A stretch of DNA of 64,000 bases from a virus (IMGVR_UViG_3300042010_000129:32001-96000), one strand, 5' to 3'; shown: positions 35,523 to 45,466, numbered from the stretch's first letter. Translations and numbers: made by a program. The notes: a model not told the origin generated them from the sequence alone.

Positions 35523-38282
35523 ATGAAATTAGAAATGGCATTGGCCGCCGTGTCCATGAAAACGGCACTGAAATATCGCCGCAATTGGGATCGCAATGCA
35601 CCGATTGTGAAGCTGTTGCAATCCATGATGCCGTTCGGGCCGGGCAAGAAAGGTTATCGCCTGTATTTCGATATCGGCGTGAATCATAAAGCGCACTTCA
35701 CGGTTCCACCGGCTGTGCGTTCGGCTCTGCAAAAAGCAGGCTACGCGCCAACCGATTATCTGGCGAAGAAATGCGTCAAGATCGGTGACAAAGAACAGAA
35801 GAACGTTTTCAATATCGGCAAAGTAATTGCGAAAGATCCACACGCAAAAGCGGCGTTCGATAATGATCCACAATTGCAGAACACCAAACAGGGTGCTTTG
35901 CAGGTCGTGATCAGCTGTCACCCGTATGACGTAATCGGTATGAGTACCGGGCGTGCATGGGACAAAATGTCGTGCATGCGCCTTGCTGACGGCGAACACC
36001 GTCTCGATCCCGGTTCGAACGCGCATTACGTGCGCAATGACGTTTCGGAAGGCACGTTGGTTGCGTATGTCGTCGGCGCCGATGATTCGAATATCCAGCA
36101 CCCAAAAGCACGCTGCTTGCTGAAGCCTTTCTACAACGAAAAAGGCGAAGTGCTTTATCGTCGCGAAACCCGCATTTACGGCAATCCGGTTCCCGGTTTC
36201 GATATTATTCTTTCGCGTTTTCTGCGTAAGATTAATGCGCACCTTCCGGAAGGCACGTTCAAGATGGGCCGTGGCCTGTATGACGATGGCATGGGGCAGG
36301 AGCATTATCACAAAGCATCGCACGACGATAACCTGTCGATTGAAGACGTAACGACCGACACAGCGCACGCCGTGCAATTTGTGCAGCAGCAAATCAAGGC
36401 CATGCCTGACCACGATATGCGCGACGAACATATCGACAATATCATCACCTATCTGAACAACGACGAAATTCAAAGTCGTTTGAAAGAAACGCAAATTGAT
36501 GAAATCGTCGAAACCCTAAAAGGCGTGAAGGCCGCAGTTAACGGCATTCATTTGCTGGCCTACAAGGATCAGCCTTTGGGTACGGTGCTGGCTGAAGTCG
36601 GGCGCCGCATTGGCTCATTCGATAAAACGAAAGGTTTCACGAAAGAAATTCTGGCCGGTCTGGATGACGACCGCGTTCACAACCTTTCGCACGGTGGCGG
36701 CAATCCGGTAATCGAAGCGCTTAGCCGCGTGGAAGAATTGAGCGATTATGAACTGCGTGATAACTCGCGCATTTTCAAAATGATCCTCACTGGCAAAACT
36801 CCAGTACCTTCGAAAGAGGAATTGGAAACCTTGCCAAATTGCGCACGCATTTTGAATACCGCTGCGCACGCTGCCCGCCACATGACGATGCTCAATGATG
36901 ATTCGATGCAGAAAGGTGCATATGCAATTATCGACCTCGGAATTGACGTGGAAAATGCAATCTGGCTCGGCCCGGATGCAGCAGACATGATGTACGCAAC
37001 TGGCGGCATTAATCTTTTCCTCGGTTACGTGATGGATAACGTCGGCAAACTGAGTTCGGATGCGTTGTGGGCCGCTGACCCTGCCGTAACTGCAATGGCG
37101 CTCGCGAATCGCCGGGTGTTCCGCTTCCTCGATAAACAGGAAGATCGCCAAATTGCATTCATGATGGATCATGTGAAAATGGAACAGGTTAAATACCTGA
37201 TCCTGAATCCACGGCAGGAACAACTTTTCAAAGACAACAAAGCGGCGCTCATTAAATACCTCGACGATAACGAGGAAGTTATTCCGTCAATCCTCGGTAA
37301 TGGATGGGAACCGCAGTACGTGAAAAACTTGGCGAATCTCCATTTGCCAGCCGTAATGCATTTGACCGAAAGCGATGGCATTTTCACTTCGGGACTTGCC
37401 GATACGATGCAGGGAATTATCCCGGCGTTGATGGCATGGGACGGCCCGAAACTGGAACCGCTGACCACCGATGTGGAAAACGCATTGCAGATTATCGTGC
37501 AGGCCGGAAACCTTCTGGAAAAGCCGTTGCATCTGGAACGGAAAATCGACGAAGATCAATTCGAAATTCGCGATATCACGGACGTATCGGACAACTACGT
37601 GCAACGGGCCAGTGCCAATCGGTATACCCGTATTAAATCGTTCCCTGAATTGCTGTATAAGCTGGATTTCAACGGCGAACGTGCGGACATTACACATTCG
37701 ACCGAACTCATGGAACATTTGGGCGGCGATGCATTCGGTTGGGTTCCTACCGATAAGCTTCCGGGCGAAATGCGTAGCATGCTGAAACTGGTGCGTGAAA
37801 TGGATTTGGGGCCTGCAATTGATGCGCTCTACAACCTGATCAACGCAACGCGTTTGCTTCCATTGGAAGAGGTGGATGCGGGCGTTGAACGACGCATGAA
37901 TGACCGCGAAATTTTCATGCCCGACGATGACGTATTGGACGAAGACGCCTACGAAGAGGCAGACGCTGCGTACAATGAAATTCGTGAATCAATTGAAAAC
38001 GAAATCATTGAGAACAATTACAAAACCATTCGCCTCAATCGTAAGCTGTTGGAAGCGTTGGAAAAAATCAAAGACTTCGTGGGCTATGACGAAGACGTTG
38101 ACTATTTCGAGGACGACGCTCCACTCGCCACATTCGCCACCGATTTGACGAACGTTTCCGAAGACGATTACGCCGACAATGAAGACCGCGTGCGCGATTT
38201 GCGGGCTGAGTTGAAAAGTGAATGTGAAAGCCGTCCGAACGAACAGCAGGAAATGGAAGACGACGCTGGTTTCAGCGAATAA
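35523..38282 (+). CDS. Leader-family large paralog 2
   Basis: MKLEMALAA; same ~250-aa N-terminal domain; acidic C-terminus. Confidence 0.8.
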   Translation: MKLEMALAAVSMKTALKYRRNWDRNAPIVKLLQSMMPFGPGKKGYRLYFDIGVNHKAHFTVPPAVRSALQKAGYAPTDYLAKKCVKIGDKEQKNVFNIGKVIAKDPHAKAAFDNDPQLQNTKQGALQVVISCHPYDVIGMSTGRAWDKMSCMRLADGEHRLDPGSNAHYVRNDVSEGTLVAYVVGADDSNIQHPKARCLLKPFYNEKGEVLYRRETRIYGNPVPGFDIILSRFLRKINAHLPEGTFKMGRGLYDDGMGQEHYHKASHDDNLSIEDVTTDTAHAVQFVQQQIKAMPDHDMRDEHIDNIITYLNNDEIQSRLKETQIDEIVETLKGVKAAVNGIHLLAYKDQPLGTVLAEVGRRIGSFDKTKGFTKEILAGLDDDRVHNLSHGGGNPVIEALSRVEELSDYELRDNSRIFKMILTGKTPVPSKEELETLPNCARILNTAAHAARHMTMLNDDSMQKGAYAIIDLGIDVENAIWLGPDAADMMYATGGINLFLGYVMDNVGKLSSDALWAADPAVTAMALANRRVFRFLDKQEDRQIAFMMDHVKMEQVKYLILNPRQEQLFKDNKAALIKYLDDNEEVIPSILGNGWEPQYVKNLANLHLPAVMHLTESDGIFTSGLADTMQGIIPALMAWDGPKLEPLTTDVENALQIIVQAGNLLEKPLHLERKIDEDQFEIRDITDVSDNYVQRASANRYTRIKSFPELLYKLDFNGERADITHSTELMEHLGGDAFGWVPTDKLPGEMRSMLKLVREMDLGPAIDALYNLINATRLLPLEEVDAGVERRMNDREIFMPDDDVLDEDAYEEADAAYNEIRESIENEIIENNYKTIRLNRKLLEALEKIKDFVGYDEDVDYFEDDAPLATFATDLTNVSEDDYADNEDRVRDLRAELKSECESRPNEQQEMEDDAGFSE

Positions 38283-38307
38283 AAACAGTAATTTTATAGT
38301 ATGTTAC

Positions 38308-38343
38308 GCCGGGAAGGTTTAGGCTGACCCGGCTTTCTTTTTT
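38308..38343 (+). terminator. Terminator-like hairpin
   Basis: GCCGGG/CCCGGC stem with long loop, then TTTCTTTTTT. Confidence 0.55.
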
Positions 38344-38357
38344 ATGGATCAAAAAAC

Positions 38358-41021
38358 ATGCTAATTGACTTGGCTTTCCTCGGTACAGCAGCGGTTTCAA
38401 TGCGTAGTGCTTTGAAATACCGCCGCAATTGGGATAAGAACGGGCCTACCGTTCAATTGCTGCGCAAATTCATGCCGCGTGGTTCCAAAGGGTTTCGCGT
38501 TTATGTTCCCATTGGACACGCACAAGTTACGAACAACGTGGTTATTCCGTTGCCAGTTCGCTTGGCCGTTCGCAAAGCCGGTTTCCGTATCACTGATTAC
38601 CGGGCAAAGCGTTGCGTTAAGCTGAACGACAAAGATCAGAAAAACGTATTCAATATCGGTAAGGTTATTTCGAAAGACGCCGTGGCAAAAGCCGCATTCG
38701 ACAATGACCCGCAATTGCAGAACAGTTCTACCTCCGAATTCACAATGGTTATTTCCTGTCACCCATACGACATTATCGGTATGTCTACTGGCCGTGATTG
38801 GGATGAAACCAGCTGCATGCGCATGGGAGATTATCGCGACGATTACAGCGATGGTTCCAACGTCAGCTATTTGAAACATGACGTGGCCGAAGGAACGTTG
38901 GTTGTTTATGCCGTGCGTTCTGACGATACGAACATCACGAAACCATTGGGCCGTTGCCTGTTGAAACCTTTCCTGCGTGACGATGGATCGGGTTCTATTT
39001 TCTATCGTCGTGAAACCGATGTTTACGGCAACCCGGTTCCCGGTCTGGCTGAAACGTTGGCGCGCTTCCTGCGCAAATTGAATGCCGGTGTGCCTGCCGG
39101 GATTTATAAGCTCAACGAAAAGCTTTACAACGACGGCCTTGTACCGCGTGCAGAAAACGATGGTTCTTCCGAAGGGCCAACCGTTGACTGGGCAGTGGTT
39201 GACGATCAGCAGAAGCTGAAAGAACGTCCCGAAATGTTTGCAGATTTTGCGAACTATTTGATGAAACGAAACGCGGAAGGAATCACCGATACCAGTGTGG
39301 TGATCAACATCCTGATCGACCACGCAAAAACGATCAACGCACGTTTCGTCAAACCAGCGGCCCGCGTAATTGCCAATCCAAAATTCGCTGCTGCATTCCT
39401 CGAACATGCTGCGTCTTCATTCTCGGATTCCGATTCGGATAGCATCGCTAAATTCATGGCATCGCCTGAGTTCCGCCGTGCGCTGTTGCGTGCTGAACGC
39501 GAAGCAGAAGAGGCGCCGGATACCTACCGTTCGCTTTCGTTCCTGAGTCCGAAAAACGCACATCGTTATTTCGTGCGTGAAGTAAAAGACAATCCGGACA
39601 ATTACAACTATGCGGCAATCAGCTACGCGTGCGGCACCGTTGACCTGTTGCCGGACGATGTTGAATCCATTCCAGAACTACACAAACTCGTATTTAAATA
39701 TGCAGAGTTGATTCGTGAAAGTTCTGTGTTTGGTTCGACTGCTTATCAGGAATCGGCACACCGCGTGCTGTCTACTGTTGAGCCGTACAAAGGCGAATAC
39801 ACGCGTGCAGAAATCGAGGATATTGCCGCGACGTTGGCCGGTGATAAACAGACGTATCGCGCAATCATGGCGTGGTATATCAATTCGAGTACAGCAAACG
39901 ACCGGATGACTTCTGATTTCCTTGCCGATTTCATCAAGGAAGTCCGGTTCCGTTGGGCGCTACGTGATCGTCGGATGCGTAAACGAATTCTCGGCCTGAA
40001 AAACATTTCCGACAATGCCCGCCGCATGATTACAAATGCTATCGTGGAATTGATGGATAACCACGAAGCGCAGGATGCCGCCAGTATCCAACGTGACGTG
40101 ATAGCTCACATTCGCCGCACAGGTTTTGACTGCCTGACTGCCGGTAACTACCTGAGCATTTTGGGTAATGCCCCGCAGTTGTTTAAATCGCTGTGGTATT
40201 CGGAAGGAAATGAAATCGGTGCGGAAATGGTTGAGGCCCTGTTGGCCCGGCCTTCGATGCTGAGTGAACGCATTCGTGAAAATCCTGATGCAGTGCCACA
40301 AAACGATTTCCAACAAAACATTTTCCGCGTGGCAAAAACGTTCGTGGTTGTGATCGGTAATCCGACAGAACAAGACAAGGAAATTGGCGCTGTCGATCCG
40401 GACGTGATGCGGGTTCTGGTTAAATTCGGTGGTGCAATGCGTGCCCTCGGACACTTCATTATCAACCTCGCTGATTATCCGGAATTGTTGAACGGTTCGA
40501 CCTACGTTGGTGCCGGTATTTTCCCACTGGATTTGATCGGTGAAGACAACGGCCACAAGTTCCTTGATTCACTGCGTGAAAAAGATATCGACGCAACGCA
40601 AACCCTGTTGAAAGCTGTAGCGCACGATTTTGCGCAGATGGGTTTGTATGCGGGCGCAGCTACCCGGCAGAATCGCGTTCTCAGTAATGCCGGTGCCCCT
40701 AGCGGTATTGCAACGATGGCGAAATCCCCGCCAGAATTCGCAGTCGCTGCCCAAGGGCGTTACGTTGCGGCAATTCAGAAGGTGAACAGTTTTATCGAAA
40801 ACTTCCCGGTAAGCGGAACTATCGAAGACTGGGAAAAACTTCTGCCTCAAATGGATATGGAACATCTGCCAGCCTTCAACGAAATGGTGGACGGCATGCT
40901 GGATAATCAGCGTCAAGTTCAGCAGACCGCGCAGATGTTTGCGATGTTTGCCCAAGGCGAAACGAAAGAGGCATTGAAGGCCGCACTTCCGCCCGAATGG
41001 CTCACGATAAAGGATTTGTAA
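38358..41021 (+). CDS. Leader-family large paralog 3
   Basis: MLIDLAFLGTAAVS; same N-terminal domain. Confidence 0.8.
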   Translation: MLIDLAFLGTAAVSMRSALKYRRNWDKNGPTVQLLRKFMPRGSKGFRVYVPIGHAQVTNNVVIPLPVRLAVRKAGFRITDYRAKRCVKLNDKDQKNVFNIGKVISKDAVAKAAFDNDPQLQNSSTSEFTMVISCHPYDIIGMSTGRDWDETSCMRMGDYRDDYSDGSNVSYLKHDVAEGTLVVYAVRSDDTNITKPLGRCLLKPFLRDDGSGSIFYRRETDVYGNPVPGLAETLARFLRKLNAGVPAGIYKLNEKLYNDGLVPRAENDGSSEGPTVDWAVVDDQQKLKERPEMFADFANYLMKRNAEGITDTSVVINILIDHAKTINARFVKPAARVIANPKFAAAFLEHAASSFSDSDSDSIAKFMASPEFRRALLRAEREAEEAPDTYRSLSFLSPKNAHRYFVREVKDNPDNYNYAAISYACGTVDLLPDDVESIPELHKLVFKYAELIRESSVFGSTAYQESAHRVLSTVEPYKGEYTRAEIEDIAATLAGDKQTYRAIMAWYINSSTANDRMTSDFLADFIKEVRFRWALRDRRMRKRILGLKNISDNARRMITNAIVELMDNHEAQDAASIQRDVIAHIRRTGFDCLTAGNYLSILGNAPQLFKSLWYSEGNEIGAEMVEALLARPSMLSERIRENPDAVPQNDFQQNIFRVAKTFVVVIGNPTEQDKEIGAVDPDVMRVLVKFGGAMRALGHFIINLADYPELLNGSTYVGAGIFPLDLIGEDNGHKFLDSLREKDIDATQTLLKAVAHDFAQMGLYAGAATRQNRVLSNAGAPSGIATMAKSPPEFAVAAQGRYVAAIQKVNSFIENFPVSGTIEDWEKLLPQMDMEHLPAFNEMVDGMLDNQRQVQQTAQMFAMFAQGETKEALKAALPPEWLTIKDL

Positions 41022-41447
41022 ATGGAACTGTTTATTGCACTGGCTGCCGAGGATGTGAGCGCACGGATTTCTGATGGTGTGCGTTCCATTCTGAAAAAGT
41101 CGTATAGCTCACTGTTCGCGAATGTGTTTGTGCGGGTTTTCGATATTGAGGATCGGCACAAATCGGATATCAAAATCGTTCGTGAAATGCCGAAAGAATA
41201 TGCACCGGTTTGGGTTACGGTCGAGAACGCGCAGCACGATATTGTGACGTTCGTTTTCGCGGTGCCTACGCTTGCGCCAGTGCTGCACATTCCAAACCCG
41301 CCGCTGGCCTACGTGATCCACAACGAAAAAGTCGAGCAATTCAAACTCGAACCACGCGTTGTGCAGGTTCGCGGGGCTGACTACGCAATCGCTGCTGCTG
41401 TCGCACGCCGGGCACCGAACTTTATTGAAATCGGAGTGAGCAAATAA
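41022..41447 (+). CDS. Leader-family hypothetical protein
   Basis: Starts MELFIALAAE. Confidence 0.7.
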   Translation: MELFIALAAEDVSARISDGVRSILKKSYSSLFANVFVRVFDIEDRHKSDIKIVREMPKEYAPVWVTVENAQHDIVTFVFAVPTLAPVLHIPNPPLAYVIHNEKVEQFKLEPRVVQVRGADYAIAAAVARRAPNFIEIGVSK

Positions 41448-41671
41448 TGGAAATGATCCTCTCGCTTGCGCGGGCTGGATCGGCGGAACGGTGGGATGCA
41501 ATTCCGGAAGTACGCTTTGACAAAGCAAAGGAAGGGCACTCACTGAATGCGTCCGGCAAACTCTCAAAAAAGCGCCGCAGAAAACGCCTGAAAAGCGGAC
41601 TGATCGACACGCCTCTAAAGGGCGCAGAGAAACGGCAAATGGATATTCAGGACACGGTTAGATGCCCGTGA
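41447..41671 (+). CDS. Leader-family small basic protein
   Basis: Starts MEMILSLARA. Confidence 0.65.
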   Translation: MEMILSLARAGSAERWDAIPEVRFDKAKEGHSLNASGKLSKKRRRKRLKSGLIDTPLKGAEKRQMDIQDTVRCP

Positions 41672-41678
41672 GGTAGAT

Positions 41679-41942
41679 ATGCCAAAGCTAACAATTAAAG
41701 GTCGTGCCAAACAATCGGATGGCGTGCAAAAACCAGAACACGATGGCGCTCGCATTTTGCGTTGGGAAGACGACGACAAAATGATGCACGATGTACCGAA
41801 GGCTAAAAAAGCTTCGTTGCTGAAAGATCGCACGCGTTCCGGGCAGCAAGGCGCCATGGCTTTCCCGCACGATTACATCGACAAAATGCACGTGTCCAAA
41901 TCGAACTGGTTGGGCCGTCGTGAACGGGGACGCCAACGATGA
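41679..41942 (+). CDS. Small basic hypothetical protein
   Basis: GAGGT SD; ATGA overlap with the next gene. Confidence 0.65.
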   Translation: MPKLTIKGRAKQSDGVQKPEHDGARILRWEDDDKMMHDVPKAKKASLLKDRTRSGQQGAMAFPHDYIDKMHVSKSNWLGRRERGRQR

Positions 41943-42544
41943 CCGAGATTATCATTGACGGTTTTGCCGCTGATAAACCTACCGGCGATTTGCGGGATGT
42001 TTTCGGTGATCCGTTTAAAGACTTTCGCGAAATGCAGGAAGCGAAAAAACAACGGCAGTGGCAAGAAATCGAAATTGATTTGAATCCAGAAGTGAACCCG
42101 CTGTCACCTGAAGGATTTGATCAGACTTTCCAGCGTGTTGCGGAAGCGTCGAAGCCGCGACCGAAAGGGATTGGTGAAGACTGGTTTCGTTCGTTGCTGC
42201 GCAAAGGCCTTCAGAACGCGCAGGCCAACAAAGAGCGCAACGCACTGGCAACCGCTAGCGATCCAACTGGAAAGCAGCAGCACGGCGACCACAAGGCCGA
42301 TGGCAAGCTCGCACGCACGGCGAAAGTGGCACAAGACCACAAGATGAAAAAGCAGCAAGCACTTCGCGAACTTCAAAAGCGTTTGGCAGCAGTAAACAGC
42401 AAACGCCCGAAAGATCCAACGAAGGTGCAAGCGTGGTCGGATCGTCGCCAAGCGCTGGTGAAAAAGATTGCAGAAAAACGTGAGTCGATGCGTTTCTCTG
42501 ACAAGCGTGTGGCGAGCCTACGGGAGGAACGCCGTGGAAATTGA
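41939..42544 (+). CDS. Hypothetical coiled-coil protein
   Basis: Charged helical C-terminus; contains ALATAS. Confidence 0.7.
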   Translation: MTEIIIDGFAADKPTGDLRDVFGDPFKDFREMQEAKKQRQWQEIEIDLNPEVNPLSPEGFDQTFQRVAEASKPRPKGIGEDWFRSLLRKGLQNAQANKERNALATASDPTGKQQHGDHKADGKLARTAKVAQDHKMKKQQALRELQKRLAAVNSKRPKDPTKVQAWSDRRQALVKKIAEKRESMRFSDKRVASLREERRGN

Positions 42545-42920
42545 AATGGAGTTCAAAGATCCGAACGGGCTTGAATTAAGTACGCTGCACAATTTGGGGC
42601 AGATGCTTATCGAGTACATGCCGGACTGGTCGCCCAAATACATGCGCTGTGATTCGCCTGTCGATCTTCGGGGTTTCTTCCTGAATGGCAAAATGTTCAC
42701 CCGCGCAACGTATCAGTTTTCCAAGTACGGAAATGAATTCTTTATTCACGTAGATTTCAAAGACACCGTGGAAGTTTACGTGGTAGAGAAAAAAGTCGGG
42801 GAAGTTATCCGGCGCAAACTTTATACTGTGGATAGGCCGGATAGCCTGAAACTTTTCCGCATCATTACAGACGAATTGGAGACGGCTACTAATGCCTATC
42901 AAGAAAGCGAAGCCAATTAA
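42534..42920 (+). CDS. Hypothetical protein
   Basis: GGAGG SD before GTG 42534 (MEIEMEFK). Confidence 0.6.
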   Translation: MEIEMEFKDPNGLELSTLHNLGQMLIEYMPDWSPKYMRCDSPVDLRGFFLNGKMFTRATYQFSKYGNEFFIHVDFKDTVEVYVVEKKVGEVIRRKLYTVDRPDSLKLFRIITDELETATNAYQESEAN

Positions 42921-43332
42921 AAAGTCCAGCACCAAGTCTGGCAAAAAAGCAAAAGTTAGCGCGGTTGCAACGCGGGCGCGTAAGCTGGGCCTGACCTCGC
43001 ACGGTTATGGTCGGTGGGGTAAAAACGGGCGTATCACGCACCGTACCGCTGGCAATAAACTGGTCGAAGTTAAAGACAGCAAACACAACCGGGTAATGAC
43101 TCGCGAAGGCAAAAGCAAAGCCAGTACCTTGCTTGCAAAAATGAGCGCCGATTACACGCAGAAAGCCGTGAAAATCAAAATGGCACTCAAGAAGGCCGAA
43201 GGCCGCGACGACAAAGAACAGGTTTCCCATCTGAAACAGTTGCTCGCCAAAGCTCAGAAAGAAATGGAAAAGGCGCGTGAGCGTACTTTGAAACTGCATG
43301 GCCGTCCGAAGAAACAAGCGGGCGCCGCGTAA
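42892..43332 (+). CDS. Lys-rich basic (histone-like) protein
   Basis: KKAKPIKKSSTKSGKKAK N-terminus; very K/R-rich. Confidence 0.7.
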   Translation: MPIKKAKPIKKSSTKSGKKAKVSAVATRARKLGLTSHGYGRWGKNGRITHRTAGNKLVEVKDSKHNRVMTREGKSKASTLLAKMSADYTQKAVKIKMALKKAEGRDDKEQVSHLKQLLAKAQKEMEKARERTLKLHGRPKKQAGAA

Positions 43333-43344
43333 TTGACCACAAAC

Positions 43345-43390
43345 AAAAAAGCCCCCGAATCCATTGCGGAAACGGGGGCTTTTTCTTTTC
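43345..43390. terminator. Bidirectional terminator between convergent blocks
   Basis: AAAAAA-GCCCCCG...CGGGGGC-TTTTT. Confidence 0.8.
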
Positions 43391-43392
43391 TG

Positions 43393-43695
43393 CTACTCGA
43401 CAATCAGCGCATCTTTTTCAACGAGCCGGATATAACACTCGACGCCACGACTGCTGTCCGTCGAATGAATATACATGTGCAGGGCATTCATATGTTTCGG
43501 AATGCCGTGTTCATTTCCCAAGAAAATGTAATTGCTGAAATCTTCGTGGGGAATCCACTCGCTGACCAAACGTTTCAATTCAGCTTCCATTTCTGGCGTA
43601 CTGCGAAACGTCAACTTCGACCGGCCCCACAAATGCTTAAACGACGGGCCGAGTTTTCCACCTTCGAGAATTTGATGCGTGGGCAACAATTCCAT
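43393..43695 (-). CDS. Hypothetical protein
   Basis: GGAGG SD before ATG 43695. Confidence 0.65.
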   Translation of the reverse strand: MELLPTHQILEGGKLGPSFKHLWGRSKLTFRSTPEMEAELKRLVSEWIPHEDFSNYIFLGNEHGIPKHMNALHMYIHSTDSSRGVECYIRLVEKDALIVE

Positions 43696-43703
43696 GACGC
43701 CTC

Positions 43704-44009
43704 CTAGATCGGGTAATTGCCGCAGCAACTGACAATCAGGGTCTGGCCGTTTTTATCGCCGCTGGTGATAATCACGTCGTTGTTACGCAGGCCGTGAGAA
43801 CCAGTCGCCAAGTTACGGAAATCGTCTTCACCGAATGCTTTGCAATTATCGAATTGCTTCGTGAATTCTGCGCGTGCGTCGAGACGTTCGCTGACCAGCA
43901 TCTGCACATCTGGAATACGCGCAATATAACCGCGAAACAGTTCCTCGATTTCGTCGAAGCACATGGCGCCCATCTGGAAAAAGCATTGATACGTGTCGAT
44001 TTTCTTCAC
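43704..44009 (-). CDS. Hypothetical protein
   Basis: Coupled to the DHFR stop. Confidence 0.6.
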   Translation of the reverse strand: MKKIDTYQCFFQMGAMCFDEIEELFRGYIARIPDVQMLVSERLDARAEFTKQFDNCKAFGEDDFRNLATGSHGLRNNDVIITSGDKNGQTLIVSCCGNYPI

Positions 44010-44521
44010 ATCAAATACTCGATGACGTTGTAGCGTTCATGTTCCGTAACCGTTTTCCATTCCAGCCGGTTGACCATGATGTGATGGAAGAACGACGGGT
44101 GTACTTTCGCATCACATTCGAACACGTCGTGAATGTGCGTCACGCGGACTTTATGCGCCCGTGGCAACGCGCCTTGAATCAGGCGCACACCGCCGATAAC
44201 CCACGCCCATTCCAGATTGGATGCTTCACACAAAACGGTCGCGATTTGAATTGCTTCCTCAAGCGAACGCGCAACGTGGAAATCCGCACGGCCTTCAGGA
44301 ACCACGAAACTTTCACCGGGCGCAGAAGTGACCACGATATGCGGGCGACCGGGCAGCATACGCCCATCGAAAGATTCCCACGTCTTGCGGCCCATGATCA
44401 TTGGCAGGCCCATCGTCTGATCTTTGAACTGCTGCAAATCCCCCGGAAAGTGCCACGGCATTTTACCGTCTTTGCCGATACCGCCCTCTTCGTCACACGC
44501 GAAAATAATACCGAGTTTCAT
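44006..44521 (-). CDS. folA: Dihydrofolate reductase
   Basis: IFACDEEGGIGKDGKMPWHFPGDLQQFK..T...IMGRKTWES...GG. Confidence 0.95.
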   Translation of the reverse strand: MKLGIIFACDEEGGIGKDGKMPWHFPGDLQQFKDQTMGLPMIMGRKTWESFDGRMLPGRPHIVVTSAPGESFVVPEGRADFHVARSLEEAIQIATVLCEASNLEWAWVIGGVRLIQGALPRAHKVRVTHIHDVFECDAKVHPSFFHHIMVNRLEWKTVTEHERYNVIEYLM

Positions 44522-44808
44522 TTCAGAATCTCCGGATTGAATTGACCCACGAAAATGTCACCGGCATGCTGATTGATCGGGCGCTTTATACGCACGTGCA
44601 ACATGCCGCGTTGAACATTGGCCGGTGTGGATTTTGGCACTTCGAAGTTATCCGAAATATTCTTCCGGAAATGTTCGACGTTTACGGGCGCACCGCTAAC
44701 CTCGACCAAGAAGTGTTTCGAATCACACATGGCGCGCAGAAAAGCAACCGATGCGTCGATTACTGGCTGCTTGGGATTCTTGAACGGATTGTGATGGTCG
44801 TCACTCAT
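44518..44808 (-). CDS. Hypothetical protein
   Basis: Part of an ATGA-coupled minus-strand chain. Confidence 0.6.
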   Translation of the reverse strand: MSDDHHNPFKNPKQPVIDASVAFLRAMCDSKHFLVEVSGAPVNVEHFRKNISDNFEVPKSTPANVQRGMLHVRIKRPINQHAGDIFVGQFNPEILK

Positions 44809-45134
44809 GCCGCAGCCTGAACCTTACGGCGCTTGGACTTCGGCACCGTGACGTATGCGGTTTCCCAATAGCTGCTGATCTTTTTGTATTCTTCCGGAAC
44901 GTTTACAGCAGTGAGGAAACGCATCGGATTATCGCCGCAGAAATGTTTGATTTCTTCGGTGTACGAAGTCTTCGCCTGTGGCATACGCGGCGCGCATTGC
45001 TCAATGATCGAATGCAGTTCGGCAGTCTGGCACGGCAGTTCTTGCCAGTTGGCGCTTTGGCCGTCATTCAGCCAATCAGTGTGGCCGATGGCTAAGGCAC
45101 GTTTGGTTTTGTCGCAAACGAGGTAAATTTTCAC
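44805..45134 (-). CDS. Hypothetical protein
   Basis: Part of an ATGA-coupled chain. Confidence 0.6.
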   Translation of the reverse strand: MKIYLVCDKTKRALAIGHTDWLNDGQSANWQELPCQTAELHSIIEQCAPRMPQAKTSYTEEIKHFCGDNPMRFLTAVNVPEEYKKISSYWETAYVTVPKSKRRKVQAAA

Positions 45135-45463
45135 TGGAATTTCTCCAAGATATTCAGAGCTTGGCGATTCACGGCGGTGATCAGGCGGATCGGTGCGCCG
45201 GTTTTGAAAGCGATGCTCGGATTGAAAACCGGAATGCCTTTGAAATAACCGACGTGGCCTTCTTCCAGCGATTCAGCTTCGAAGTAAACGTGGTTCTGCA
45301 TTTCCTTGAACAGCGGAGAAATGCGGCAAATCACGATTGCCTTCACCGGCATATCCGGCTTGTCCAGTTGCTCGGCGTCGGGCAGTGCGTAGGTCTGTGT
45401 CCAACCGTTGGTGTGTTCGTAGAGACGGTCGGAAATGTGGCACGGCATCGCGTAATGTTTCAT
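45131..45463 (-). CDS. Hypothetical protein
   Basis: Contains GHVGYFKGIPVF, shared with 45729. Confidence 0.6.
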   Translation of the reverse strand: MKHYAMPCHISDRLYEHTNGWTQTYALPDAEQLDKPDMPVKAIVICRISPLFKEMQNHVYFEAESLEEGHVGYFKGIPVFNPSIAFKTGAPIRLITAVNRQALNILEKFQ

Positions 45464-45466
45464 GAT

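Noticed and set aside
27542-41671. The A-x-A leader as a Sec or lipoprotein signal peptide
   Set aside because: It has an acidic rather than basic n-region, a hydrophobic core of only about 5-6 residues, no lipobox Cys, and cytoplasmic enzyme cargoes.
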